From the NCBI GenBank assembly GCA_963777605.1, contig CAVZRV010000030.1:32001-96000 (forward strand): a DNA stretch of 64,000 bases. Direction: 5' to 3'. The notes beneath the pieces are model-generated. The model saw only the letters and a program-made list of their open reading frames with translations, was not told the DNA's origin and did no database searches. The number at the start of each line of letters is the position of its first letter. Within the stretch, counting starts at the first letter, position 1. Shown one piece after another: positions 32,818 through 43,014 of this stretch. The DNA is from an uncultured Acidobacteriota bacterium. GTDB taxonomy: Bacteria > Acidobacteriota > UBA6911 > RPQK01 > JAPXNP01. The translations under genes and the position numbers were made by a program.

Positions 32818-32835
32818 CGAAAAGGAGTACCTGCC

Positions 32836-34512
32836 ATTCATCACATCGACGGTAACCTCCTCGGAATCAAACCGGCACAGCTGAAAGCGCTCGAGCGGAC
32901 CTTCCGGCGCAAAATTCCGCCGAGCCAGGTCATTTCAGTCGAACTCGCCCACCACCTGGCGGGGATTTCGCGGGAATTGGGACGTCAGGTCGGTGTTCTG
33001 GCGCGGCGAGATGGGGCGATTCAGACCGTCATCGTCGGTGATGCCACCAGCCTCGAGATCCCGGAGATCGGTCGATTGCGGGGACGGCTCGGGCGGCTGC
33101 GGGGACTCCGGCTGCTGCACACTCATCTTCGTGGAGAGTCGCTGAGTGATGACGACCTCAATGACCTCGCGCTGTTGCGGCTGGATTTGGTCGCCATGAT
33201 CGAAGTGACCGATGATGGCCTGGCCGCGAAGATCGAGCTTGCACATGTGCTCCCCTACGTCCAGGAAACCGGAGGAGCGGCCGACGAGGCTTTTCGTCGC
33301 ATTGTGGCGCCCGACGCCGGGCGACTCGATTTGGACTTCCTTCCCACCGTCAAAGCCCTCGAAGCCGAATTCGCCAAGCTTTCGGCAGCCAGGACCTCCG
33401 AAACCGGAAACGAGCGAGTCCTGGTGATCGGGGTGACCCCCGACGACGAACACTTCGAGGAAACCTTGGAGCTGGTGCGCTCCGCAGGAGTTCAGATCGC
33501 CGGTTGGGTTCGTCAGAAACGCCAGCGGATTCACCCCCGGACGGTGGTGGGCCCGGGGAAATTGAGCGAAATTGTCCTCGACGGCATGCGCAAGCAGGCC
33601 GACGTGGCCGTTTTCGATGTCGATCTGAAGCCGGCGCAAAGCCGGGCGTTCGAGGACGAAACCGGGTTGAAGGCCGTTGATCGTACCCAGTTGATCCTGG
33701 ACATCTTTGCCCAGCGCGCCAAGAGCCGGGACGGCAAACTCCAGGTCGAGCTGGCCCAGTTGAAATACTCACTTCCGCGTCTTACCGAGAAAGATGCCGG
33801 GCTCTCGAGACTCTCCGGCGGGATTGGGGGCAGGGGGCCGGGTGAAACGGTGCTGGAAATCGGTCGCCGCCGTATCAACGACAGGATTCGTTACCTGGAA
33901 AAGGAAATTGGTCGGCTTGCCCGGCAACGGGACCTTCGTCGGCAGCGCCGGCGGCGAAACAAGCTCCCGGTAATTTCGATCATCGGTTATACCAATGCCG
34001 GAAAGACGACTCTTCTGAACGCCCTGACCAAGAGTTCGGTGGAGGTGGAGGACAAGATGTTCGTCACGCTCGATCCGACAACTCGACGGCTTCGTTTTCC
34101 CCGGGAGGGTGAGGTGGTCCTGTCCGACACGGTGGGTTTTCTCCGCGACCTGCCGGAAGAGTTGCTGGCAGCATTCAGCGCCACACTGGAGGAACTCGAG
34201 AGTGCCGATCTGCTTCTCCACGTGCTGGATGCTTCCGACCCGCACATCGATCTCAAGGCGAAGGCGGTCGAACGGATTACTGCCCAGCTCGAACTGCACC
34301 ACTTCCCTCGGCTTGTGGTGCTCAACAAAACCGACCTGTTGAGCAGAGATGAAGTCCGGGCGCTGGCGCGACGGTACGACGCCGTTACCGTGAGTGCCGT
34401 CACCAGGGAAGGCCTCGCCGAACTGATTTTGAAGGCCGAGGAGATCCTTTCGATTTCCCTCTCCGGGGGATTTCGGCAAGGAGTGAGAGCGGTGTCTGAA
34501 CAGGGTGGCTAG
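32836..34512 (+). CDS. hflX: GTPase HflX (long N-terminal type), probable ATT start
   Basis: DRTQLILDIFAQRA, KLQVELAQL, GGIGGRGPGET, GYTNAGKTT, TLDPTTR, DTVGF, NKTD. The frame extends 47 codons upstream of the ORF-track start as IHHIDGNLLGIKPAQLKALER, with ATT 8 nt after AAGGAG and an in-frame stop at 32815. Confidence 0.9.
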   Translation: MHHIDGNLLGIKPAQLKALERTFRRKIPPSQVISVELAHHLAGISRELGRQVGVLARRDGAIQTVIVGDATSLEIPEIGRLRGRLGRLRGLRLLHTHLRGESLSDDDLNDLALLRLDLVAMIEVTDDGLAAKIELAHVLPYVQETGGAADEAFRRIVAPDAGRLDLDFLPTVKALEAEFAKLSAARTSETGNERVLVIGVTPDDEHFEETLELVRSAGVQIAGWVRQKRQRIHPRTVVGPGKLSEIVLDGMRKQADVAVFDVDLKPAQSRAFEDETGLKAVDRTQLILDIFAQRAKSRDGKLQVELAQLKYSLPRLTEKDAGLSRLSGGIGGRGPGETVLEIGRRRINDRIRYLEKEIGRLARQRDLRRQRRRRNKLPVISIIGYTNAGKTTLLNALTKSSVEVEDKMFVTLDPTTRRLRFPREGEVVLSDTVGFLRDLPEELLAAFSATLEELESADLLLHVLDASDPHIDLKAKAVERITAQLELHHFPRLVVLNKTDLLSRDEVRALARRYDAVTVSAVTREGLAELILKAEEILSISLSGGFRQGVRAVSEQGG

Positions 34513-34613
34513 CGTCTGAGGTGGATTTTCCGCAGGTCTGATAGAATTTCACTTTTCTGGTAGCCACTTGGCAGCGAAACGATCCGGCCAGGACGTTTTT
34601 GCTCGGAGAGACG

Positions 34614-36005
34614 ATGAACGTCAACAAGCTGCGGGAACTGATCAAGGGCATCGTGGTGACCGACGAGGATGCCCTGCAGGATGTCAGTGGGGATTTCGGC
34701 CGCCTCGTCTATTCCAGCCCCCAGGCGGTCGTAGCCCCCGCCTCATCCGAGGATGTTCGACGAGTCGTGGAGTTGGCTAACCAGGAAGACTGGACGGTGG
34801 CGACAAGAGGTGCGGGACACTCCCAGAGCGGCCAGTCACTGAGCCGTGAGGGTGTCCTGCTTGACATGATGGCGCTGAACCGGATCGGGCAGGTCGAGGA
34901 GGACGCGGTCTGGGTCGATGCCGGCGTGCTCTGGGAAGACCTCGTTGACCGCCTGATGGGAAAAGGATTTCTTCCCCCCGTTCTGACCAACGACCTCAGC
35001 GTGACCGTTGGGGGCACCCTTTCGATGGGGGGAATCGGAGTCGCCTCTCATCGGTTCGGAATCCAGGCCGACAACGTGGATGCTCTCGAAGTGGTGACCG
35101 GAACCGGGGACCTGGTGACCTGCTCGCCCACGGAGAATCAGGAGCTATTTGACGCAATCCGTTGCGGGCTCGGTCAGTTCGGAGTGATTACCCGCGCCCG
35201 GCTGCGCCTGCGGAATTTCTCTCCCAACGTGCGGACCTTCTTCCTGCTCTACGACAGCCTGGAAGCCCTCATGGGGGATTATCTGCGGGTCCTCCGTGAT
35301 CAGCGTTTCGACTTCATCGAAGGCTGGTGTTCACCCTGCCTGCAGGGGCACCGGAACCTGGGCGGGACCCGTGTTCCCTTCGCCGAGTGGTTTTATCCGG
35401 TCCAGGTCACGGCAGAGTATGCCGACGCGGCCCCGTCCGATTCTCTGCTCGGCGACCTCAATCACTTCCGCAAGGTCCACTGCGAAGACTCTTCGCTGCG
35501 TACTTTTATCCGGCGGATGGAGCCTCTTTTCCAGGAGTGGAGGGAAAGCGGCGCCTGGAGGCAGCCTCACCCATGGATGGAAGTGATGCTCCCCTGGGAT
35601 CGTGCTGCGGATTACATTGACGGGGTACTCAAGAGTCTGCCGCCTCCATTAATGTCGGGCGGAGGGCGCATTGTCACTTGGCCCTGCCGGTGCGACGTTT
35701 CACAGGCGCCGATGTTCGTGCACCCGGCAGGTGAGTTCTTTCTTGGACTCGGAATTCTTCCCTCACTGCCCCGGCAGACCCTGAAGATGGGACTGTCACT
35801 TCTGAACAAGGCCAGTGACCTGGCGCTTCAACTGGGGGGGAAGCGCTACTTGTCGGGCTGGGTCGAGTTCGATCACGCGAGATGGATGGCCCATTTCGGC
35901 GATCGCTGGTCCCGCGTGCTGGAATGGAAGAATTTCTTCGACCCGAACGGGGTTTTGAACCCGGGATTCATTCACTTCACGCGTGATAACGGGGGCTCCG
36001 TTTGA
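34614..36005 (+). CDS. FAD-linked oxidase, cytokinin dehydrogenase-like (VAO/PCMH family)
   Basis: RGAGHSQSGQ covalent-FAD His motif, TVGGTLSMGG, GLGQFGVITRARL, PHPWMEV, FDPNGVLNPG. Confidence 0.8.
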   Translation: MNVNKLRELIKGIVVTDEDALQDVSGDFGRLVYSSPQAVVAPASSEDVRRVVELANQEDWTVATRGAGHSQSGQSLSREGVLLDMMALNRIGQVEEDAVWVDAGVLWEDLVDRLMGKGFLPPVLTNDLSVTVGGTLSMGGIGVASHRFGIQADNVDALEVVTGTGDLVTCSPTENQELFDAIRCGLGQFGVITRARLRLRNFSPNVRTFFLLYDSLEALMGDYLRVLRDQRFDFIEGWCSPCLQGHRNLGGTRVPFAEWFYPVQVTAEYADAAPSDSLLGDLNHFRKVHCEDSSLRTFIRRMEPLFQEWRESGAWRQPHPWMEVMLPWDRAADYIDGVLKSLPPPLMSGGGRIVTWPCRCDVSQAPMFVHPAGEFFLGLGILPSLPRQTLKMGLSLLNKASDLALQLGGKRYLSGWVEFDHARWMAHFGDRWSRVLEWKNFFDPNGVLNPGFIHFTRDNGGSV

Positions 36006-36135
36006 CCGGTTCAGGTCCTCGGGCCGGGAACGGGCGAGCGGTTGCCACCTGTGGGACTTCACTTCCGGCGAAACCAACGCTAACCAGGAAATTGTGACGG
36101 CCATGAATTGTTCTTTCTCTTCAGTTTTTTCTTCG

Positions 36136-37809
36136 ATGCGATTCCTGCCTCGGGCATCCCGACCTGGAAGACAGTTGATTACACTCGCTGCCCTGCTCGG
36201 AGGCTTTTTCTTCCTCCTGGTTGCGGCGGGGTGCGGAGCCGGGACTGTCGGTGTCGATAGTGCCGGCATTCGAAAAGACCTCGCGGCACTCTCCTCCGAC
36301 GAGATGGAGGGCAGGGCGCCCGGGACTCAGGGAGGTAACCGGGCTGCGGATTACGTCGCGAAGCGGTTTCAGGAAGTCGGGTTGTCGCCGGGATTTGGTG
36401 AGAGTTTCCGGCAGCCTGTGCCCATGGTCGGACTCGAGTTGCAAGGCGAGCCGGCCCTCGAATGGTCGGTGGGAGCGACCAAGACGGTGCTGGAGATGCC
36501 CCGTGACATGGTGGTGTGGCCGGGCGTGGCGGAGAACCGGATCAGCGTCGACGAGGCGCCCATGGTCTTTGTGGGTTACGGGATCACCGCTCCCGAATTG
36601 GGCTGGTCCGATTACGAAGGGATCGACGTTCACGGCAAGGTGGTGGTTTCCCTGGTCAACGACCCACCTTCGGACGACCCGGAATTCTTCGGAGGGCGCG
36701 CCCTGACCTATTATGGTCGCTGGACTTACAAGATCGAAGAGGCGACCCGGCAGGGGGCGGCCGGCATTATCCTGATTCACGAGACCGAAATGGCCGGCTA
36801 TCCGTGGAATGTCGTGGAGGGGTCGTGGTCGGGCGAGCAGTTCAGTCTTCCCCGGACGGAACTCAAAAGCACCGTGGTGGAATCCTGGATCTCACAGGAT
36901 GCCGCGGGCCGGCTTCTGGAAGCGTCCGGAATGAGTCTCGAGGCCGCCCTGAAAAAGGCTGCCGGACCCGGGTTTCGGGCGGTCCCGCTGAAGACTACCT
37001 TCTCCTGCAGCTTCGATGCGAAATCCCGCAGGATCGAGTCGGACAACATCGGTGGTTACCTCGAGGGGACTGACCCCGAGCATCGCGACGAACTGATAGT
37101 GCTGACCAGCCACTACGATCACCTCGGCGTCGGTCCCGCCGTTGATGGAGATACGATTTACAACGGTGCCCTGGACAACGCTTCGGGAACCGCTCTCCTG
37201 ATCGAACTGGGCCGCGTGCTTGCTGCCGAGCGTTCGAAGCTGGGGCGCTCGGTTCTGCTCCTGGCCGTCACCGGAGAGGAGCAGGGACTGCTCGGCTCCG
37301 AGTATTTCGTCGCTCACCAGGCGGACGCACCGGGCCACGTCGTTGCCGATGTCAATTTCGATGCGGTCAACGTCTGGGATGACACCAGCGACATGGTCGC
37401 CATGGGCGCGGACCAGTCCTCAATCGGCAACGTCGTGGACGAGGTGTTCCGGAATCTTGATATCCAGTTGACGGACGATCCGGCGCCCGAACAGGGTCAC
37501 TTCTTCCGTTCCGACCACTTCAGCTTCGTCAAGGCGGGAATCCCAGCGGTTTATTTCGACTACGGGAACCACTTCCGAAACCAGCCTGTGGACTGGGGAG
37601 AGAAGATGAAGGACTCGTACCTGAAACACAACTATCATCAGCCCAGCGATGAGTACGACCCGTCGTGGTCACTCAAAGGCGCGGTCCAGATGGGGAAAGT
37701 CGTGGAAGAGACTGTGCTCCGGCTGGCAACGCCCGGGTTCGCGATCCTCTGGAACCCGGACTCGCCGTTCGCTCCCTCCGGGACGTCCGGCCTGTCTGGA
37801 AGTCGTTGA
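36136..37809 (+). CDS. M28 family metallopeptidase with PA domain (lipoprotein; start uncertain)
   Basis: SDEMEGRAPG, YYGRWTYK, SHYDHLG, NGALDNASG, GEEQGLLGS, RSDHFSF, YHQPSD; lipobox VAAGC. Confidence 0.9.
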   Translation: MRFLPRASRPGRQLITLAALLGGFFFLLVAAGCGAGTVGVDSAGIRKDLAALSSDEMEGRAPGTQGGNRAADYVAKRFQEVGLSPGFGESFRQPVPMVGLELQGEPALEWSVGATKTVLEMPRDMVVWPGVAENRISVDEAPMVFVGYGITAPELGWSDYEGIDVHGKVVVSLVNDPPSDDPEFFGGRALTYYGRWTYKIEEATRQGAAGIILIHETEMAGYPWNVVEGSWSGEQFSLPRTELKSTVVESWISQDAAGRLLEASGMSLEAALKKAAGPGFRAVPLKTTFSCSFDAKSRRIESDNIGGYLEGTDPEHRDELIVLTSHYDHLGVGPAVDGDTIYNGALDNASGTALLIELGRVLAAERSKLGRSVLLLAVTGEEQGLLGSEYFVAHQADAPGHVVADVNFDAVNVWDDTSDMVAMGADQSSIGNVVDEVFRNLDIQLTDDPAPEQGHFFRSDHFSFVKAGIPAVYFDYGNHFRNQPVDWGEKMKDSYLKHNYHQPSDEYDPSWSLKGAVQMGKVVEETVLRLATPGFAILWNPDSPFAPSGTSGLSGSR

Positions 37810-37839
37810 GGGCTTGATCAGGTACCCGATTGAACCCAG

Positions 37840-39720
37840 ATGCTGTTTCGACTTGAAGACCTCGCCAAAGAGTTCAGTGGAGAATGGCTGTTCCGGGAGA
37901 TCACCGGCCAGTGTAACGAGGGTGACCGGATTGGCCTGATCGGCCGGAACGGCGTTGGGAAGACGACTCTTTTCGAACTCATCGAGGAGAAACTGACGCC
38001 GGATGGCGGCCGTGCCGTCCGGGCTCGCTCGCTCGAGATTTCCCGGGTGGAACAGATCCCCAGGTACCAGGACGGTTCCTCGCTAATCCAGGAAACCCTG
38101 ACCGTGTTTGAACCTCTGCGCCGGATGGAGGAACGGCTGCGCCATCTGGAAGGGCAAATGGCGGAGGCAGGGCTGGATGAGAACCTCGCCCAGGAGTATG
38201 GGGAACTGCACACGGTTTTCGAGTTGAAGGGAGGGTACGGCTACCGTGCCCGGGCGGAGAGGGTGCTTTTCGGACTCGGCTTTGGGGCGGACGACCTGAA
38301 ATTGCCCTGCGAACATCTGAGCGGGGGTCAGCGGAGCCGAATGGCTCTTGCGCGGGCCTTACTGAGACCGGCCAATCTGCTCCTTCTCGACGAGCCGACG
38401 AACCACGTCGACCTGCAGGGGATCCTCTGGCTGGAGCAGTACCTTTCCGACCTGAAGGGCGCGTTGATCGTGGTCAGCCATGACCGGCACTTCCTGGACC
38501 GGGTCACCAACCGGACCTGGGAGGTGGAAGGACGGACCCTCCACGATTACCCGGCACCATACACGCGTTCCCGCCGCTTGCGGGAGGAGCGCCGCCGGAT
38601 CGAGGAGGAGGCCTTCGAAAAACAGCAGGAATGGAAGCGGCGCACGGAGGACTATATCCGCCGTAACATCGTCGGGCAGAAGACGCGCCAGGCCCAGTCG
38701 CGCCGGAAGCAGCTGGAAAAGGCGGACTGGATCGAATCGCCAACCTTGGGCGAGAGCTCAATTCACATCAGGATCCCCGAAGCCCGCAGAAGCGGCAGCC
38801 TGGTAGTCGAGATCGAAGGAGGTCGTGTCGGATACGGCAGCGAGGCCTTGCTCGAGGACGTTTCGATGATCGTCCACCGTGGCCAGCGGATCGGCATCCT
38901 GGGCGGAAACGGAACGGGCAAGTCCACTCTCCTGAAGTCTCTCCTTGGCGAAGTTCCCCTGATCGAGGGAGACGTGCGTTGGGGACACTACTACATCCCC
39001 GGATATTTTGCTCAGGAGGGGAAATTCGAGCCGGATCATCGCACCGCGCACGACGTCCTGGCCGGACTGAACCCGGCTTGGACTGACGAGGAATTGCGCA
39101 GTTTCGCCGCGCTTTTCGGCTTCAGGGGAGAGGACGTCCACCGGGAGGTCCAATTGCTCAGCGGGGGAGAGCGGAGCCGACTGAGCCTGGCTCGGCTGTT
39201 CTCCTTTCCCTGCAACGCCCTCTTCCTGGACGAGCCGACCAACCATCTCGACATCGACAGCCGTGAGGCCCTGGAGGGAGCGCTGGCCGAGTTCGGCGGA
39301 GCCCTGGTCGTGGTCTCACATGACATCGCGTTTCTCCAGAACAGCGTCGAAGAGTTCCTGCTCATTCGCGATGGAAGGCTCGAAAGCTTAAGCCGGTTGG
39401 ACGATCTCGAGGATCTCCTCCTGGAAAAGGCGGCACCGACCCGACCGCTGGCCGGGGAGAAGCGGCCGGGAGAACGGGCACCGCGCGAAGGGTTGTCGAA
39501 GAACGAACGAATGCGTCTCGAAAAGCGCATGGCGGAGATCGAAGAGCTCATCGCGGCTCTTGAAAAGGCTCGGGCCCAGGTGGAAGAGGATCTTCAATCG
39601 GGCTCGGCAGATCACGTCTACCTGCAGCAGTTGTCGGCCCGGTACCAGGAACTCGAGGAGGATCTGGCGGGACTCTACGGGAGTTGGGAGGAGCTCGCTG
39701 ACCAGCTTGAGTCCGACTGA
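37840..39720 (+). CDS. ABC-F family ATP-binding protein with C-terminal coiled coil
   Basis: Two NBDs: GRNGVGKT/LSGGQ/LLLDEPTNH and GGNGTGKS/LSGGE/LDEPTNHLD; no TM segments. Confidence 0.92.
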   Translation: MLFRLEDLAKEFSGEWLFREITGQCNEGDRIGLIGRNGVGKTTLFELIEEKLTPDGGRAVRARSLEISRVEQIPRYQDGSSLIQETLTVFEPLRRMEERLRHLEGQMAEAGLDENLAQEYGELHTVFELKGGYGYRARAERVLFGLGFGADDLKLPCEHLSGGQRSRMALARALLRPANLLLLDEPTNHVDLQGILWLEQYLSDLKGALIVVSHDRHFLDRVTNRTWEVEGRTLHDYPAPYTRSRRLREERRRIEEEAFEKQQEWKRRTEDYIRRNIVGQKTRQAQSRRKQLEKADWIESPTLGESSIHIRIPEARRSGSLVVEIEGGRVGYGSEALLEDVSMIVHRGQRIGILGGNGTGKSTLLKSLLGEVPLIEGDVRWGHYYIPGYFAQEGKFEPDHRTAHDVLAGLNPAWTDEELRSFAALFGFRGEDVHREVQLLSGGERSRLSLARLFSFPCNALFLDEPTNHLDIDSREALEGALAEFGGALVVVSHDIAFLQNSVEEFLLIRDGRLESLSRLDDLEDLLLEKAAPTRPLAGEKRPGERAPREGLSKNERMRLEKRMAEIEELIAALEKARAQVEEDLQSGSADHVYLQQLSARYQELEEDLAGLYGSWEELADQLESD

Positions 39721-39756
39721 AATCCTGTTCGAGGGCCTGTGCTAACATGAGGCGCA

Positions 39757-40698
39757 ATGGTCGAGAAGGTTATCCTGGCGAGCCCCCGCGGATTCTGTGC
39801 AGGTGTGGTGCGCGCCATCGACATAGTCCAGATTGCACTCGAACTTTATGACGATGAGGCTCTCTATGTGCGCAAGGAGATTGTCCACAATCCCCACGTC
39901 GTGGAAGACTTGCGCAGTCGCGGAGTCATATTCATCGATGAACTGACCGACGTTCCCGATGGGCAACGGGTCATCTTCAGCGCTCACGGCGTTTCTCCCG
40001 CCGTTTGGGAGGAAGCGCAAAAGAAGTGCCTGCGAGTGATCGATGCAACCTGCCCATTGGTGACCAAGGTTCACATGGAGGCCCGGCGCTTTGCCTCCAA
40101 GGGCTACACGATCATCCTGATCGGCCATCCCGGACATGAAGAAGTAGAAGGAACCATGGGTGAGGCCGCCTTGCAGATGCGCCTGGTCAGCAACCTGGAC
40201 GAAGTTGAAGCACTCGAGTTCGAGCCGGGTGCGAAGTTGGCTTACCTTACCCAGACGACCTTGAGCCTCAACGACACCCGCAAAATCGTTGGCGCGCTCC
40301 GCAGGCGATTTCCGTCCATCGAAGGGCCGCCCTCGGCCGATATCTGCTATGCCACGCAAAACCGGCAGGAGGCCGTCCGCGAGATGGCCGGAGTCTCAGG
40401 TTTGATCCTCGTGGTCGGCGCAACTAACAGCAGTAACTCAAACCGGCTGGTGGAAGAGGGCATGAAGCACGGCTGCCGGTCCCACCTGATCAACGACGTC
40501 GGCTCGATTCAGCCGGAGTGGCTGGATGGGGTTCGGGTAGTGGGAATCACCTCGGGTGCTTCCGCCCCGGAATCCCTCGTGGAAGCCGTAGTCGAGTATT
40601 TCAGGGTCCGCGGCGCAACCGTCGAGAACCTGGTCACCCGCCACGAATCGGTGGAATTCGCCCTCCCCATCGAGCTCCGGGCCTCCGCAAATCGGTGA
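39757..40698 (+). CDS. ispH: 4-hydroxy-3-methylbut-2-enyl diphosphate reductase
   Basis: PRGFCAGV, IVHN, SAHGV, DATCPLV, HEEVEG, TQTT, ICYATQNRQ, SSNS, TSGASAP. Confidence 0.97.
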   Translation: MVEKVILASPRGFCAGVVRAIDIVQIALELYDDEALYVRKEIVHNPHVVEDLRSRGVIFIDELTDVPDGQRVIFSAHGVSPAVWEEAQKKCLRVIDATCPLVTKVHMEARRFASKGYTIILIGHPGHEEVEGTMGEAALQMRLVSNLDEVEALEFEPGAKLAYLTQTTLSLNDTRKIVGALRRRFPSIEGPPSADICYATQNRQEAVREMAGVSGLILVVGATNSSNSNRLVEEGMKHGCRSHLINDVGSIQPEWLDGVRVVGITSGASAPESLVEAVVEYFRVRGATVENLVTRHESVEFALPIELRASANR

Positions 40699-40790
40699 CA
40701 CGCCCGCATTGCTCCGGTAACTCCTTGTCAACGTGAACTTTTTTCTGAGGTCTGGTACTCATATTCGGAGCGGCACCGGGCGAGGTCGAA

Positions 40791-42542
40791 TTGACGCTCG
40801 ATGGCCCGGCGAATAGAATCCGCCGGGTGGAAATTCAATCGGCGTTCGCCTGTTACCCGATAGAGACTCTACGGGACCTCGTTTTCAAGGTCGTCGATCG
40901 CTACGGCGCCAAGCCTGCCCTGGCGGCCAAGCGATCGGGTGCCTACGAATCTATCTCCTTCCTGGAACTCCGGAGCCAGGTCGAGTGTGTCGCCGAATTC
41001 CTGCTCAGCATCGACCTTCAGAAAGGGGATCGAGTCGCGATCATTTCAGAGAACCGCCCGGAGTGGGCGATTGCCTACCTGGCGGCGGTGGCATCGGGCC
41101 TCACCGTGGTTCCCGTGGACAAGGAGCTGAAGGAGCCGGAGATCCGCCACATCCTGAATTTCTCCCAGACTCGAGTGGTTTTTGCGGCTGGTGACTATCT
41201 TCGCATCGTCGCCGACGAAGGCAGCCATCTTCCAATGCTCTCGACCGTGGTCGGCCTTGACGGAGATGGCTCGGGGGCGAATTTTGGTTTTGATGAACTT
41301 GTCGCCGAAGGCCGCGCGCGGCTGGCTGAGGGGGAACACCGCTTTGCCGACGTCGAGGTCGCCCCGGAAGACACGGCGGTCCTGATCTTCACGTCCGGGA
41401 CAACGGGGGCGGCTAAAGGGGTCATCCTGAGTCATGCCGCGGTGACGTCAAATATCGTGGGTACCTCGTACCATGTTGCCATCGATCGAGAGGACGTCCT
41501 CCTGTCGGTCCTGCCCCTGCATCACACGTACGAATCAACGGCCGGATTCCTCACCGCGCTCTACCAGGGGGCATGGATCTGCTACGCAGAGAGCCTTCGC
41601 CGGGTCGCCGACAACATTCGGGAATCAAAGGCTACCGTGATGCTGGGGGTGCCTGCGCTGTTCGAGGCCATGTACCGGCGCATTGCGGCCGGGATCGAAG
41701 AGAAGGGGCCAGGCAAGTTCAAACTGGCCAAAGGTATCGCCGGGATCAGCGAAAAGGTGTTCGGTGTCAACCTGAGGCGAAAGCTCTTCTCGGAACTCCA
41801 CGAGCGCTTCGGAGGCCGGTTGCGCCTGTTGATCTCCGGTGGTGCCGCGATTAATCCCGAGGTAAGCCGGGGCTTTCGCGAATTGGGGATCGACTTCATT
41901 CAGGGTTATGGGATGACCGAGTACGGGCCGATCATCAGTGTGAATCGAGTGGGCCGATTCAAAGACGGATCGGCAGGACTGCCCCTGCCACACACCGAGG
42001 TTCGTATCGTCAACGAGGAGATTGTCGTCCGGGGACCCTGTCTTTTCGAAGGCTATTTTCGAAACGATGCCGCGACTCGGGAAACCCTGCGGGACGGGTG
42101 GCTCTACACGGGAGACCTGGGGTACCTGGACCGGGATGGGTTTCTCTTCGTGAGCGGACGGCGCAAGTCGGTAATTGTGACGCCGAACGGGAAGAACGTC
42201 TACCCTGAAGAGATCGAGTCCAGCCTGAACGAATCGGGCTTCATTCAGGAATCGCTGGTGTGGGGTGGCCCGGACGAGAACCCCTCCCTGACGGAAGTGC
42301 AGGCGATCATCGTTCCTGACTTCGAGGCATTCGACGACAAGTACGGGAGTGACGGCTGGGACGACGAAAAGATTTTCAACGTGCTCTCGGAAGAGGTGCG
42401 CCACTGCAATCGGAAACTGGCCGGCTTCAAGCGCATCAAGAAATTTGTTGTGCGCAACGAAGTGTTCGAAAAGACCACGACCCGAAAGATTAAAAGATAT
42501 CTATACACGGCCAAGTCAAAACCCCTCGAGAAGAACCGCTGA
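40791..42542 (+). CDS. Long-chain fatty acid--CoA ligase (AMP-binding); start uncertain
   Basis: [50 protein letters not shown]. Confidence 0.9.
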   Translation: MTLDGPANRIRRVEIQSAFACYPIETLRDLVFKVVDRYGAKPALAAKRSGAYESISFLELRSQVECVAEFLLSIDLQKGDRVAIISENRPEWAIAYLAAVASGLTVVPVDKELKEPEIRHILNFSQTRVVFAAGDYLRIVADEGSHLPMLSTVVGLDGDGSGANFGFDELVAEGRARLAEGEHRFADVEVAPEDTAVLIFTSGTTGAAKGVILSHAAVTSNIVGTSYHVAIDREDVLLSVLPLHHTYESTAGFLTALYQGAWICYAESLRRVADNIRESKATVMLGVPALFEAMYRRIAAGIEEKGPGKFKLAKGIAGISEKVFGVNLRRKLFSELHERFGGRLRLLISGGAAINPEVSRGFRELGIDFIQGYGMTEYGPIISVNRVGRFKDGSAGLPLPHTEVRIVNEEIVVRGPCLFEGYFRNDAATRETLRDGWLYTGDLGYLDRDGFLFVSGRRKSVIVTPNGKNVYPEEIESSLNESGFIQESLVWGGPDENPSLTEVQAIIVPDFEAFDDKYGSDGWDDEKIFNVLSEEVRHCNRKLAGFKRIKKFVVRNEVFEKTTTRKIKRYLYTAKSKPLEKNR

Positions 42543-42600
42543 GGGGCCGGAGGGAGAGCGGGCGAGGAACTGCCGTTGTCCCGGAATAGAGGAGTCATCC

Positions 42601-42960
42601 ATGAGTGATTCGAGTCCAGAACTGGAAACTTTTCCGAATCAGTACCCGGGACGCGAGTACGAAGTGAACGTTACCTGTCCGGAGTTCACCGCGGTTTGTC
42701 CGAGAACCGGGCAGCCCGATTTTGCGACGATCCGCATCAGCTACGTCCCGGACGAGCGGATCATCGAACTGAAATCGCTGAAGCTCTACATGCACTCCTT
42801 CCGCAACCAGGGAATTTTCCACGAGCATGTGACGAACAGGATCCTGGATGACATCGTGGCGGCTTGCCGGCCCCTGCGATGCGAGGTCGAGGGCGATTTC
42901 AACATGCGAGGCGGGATCAAGACCGTGGTTCGCGCCCGCTATCAGAAGAGCGAAAAGTGA
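42601..42960 (+). CDS. queF: PreQ1 synthase (7-cyano-7-deazaguanine reductase), short type
   Basis: [31 protein letters not shown]; GAGGAG SD. Confidence 0.95.
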   Translation: MSDSSPELETFPNQYPGREYEVNVTCPEFTAVCPRTGQPDFATIRISYVPDERIIELKSLKLYMHSFRNQGIFHEHVTNRILDDIVAACRPLRCEVEGDFNMRGGIKTVVRARYQKSEK

Positions 42961-43014
42961 AGTTTCGGCGAATGGTCAGAAGCGGGATGGTCAATCGAAA
43001 CAGAGGTGCCCGGT

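Noticed and set aside
42543-42600. preQ1 riboswitch upstream of queF
   Set aside because: No AGAGGTTCTAG/A-rich tail signature; the gap is short and queF appears operonic
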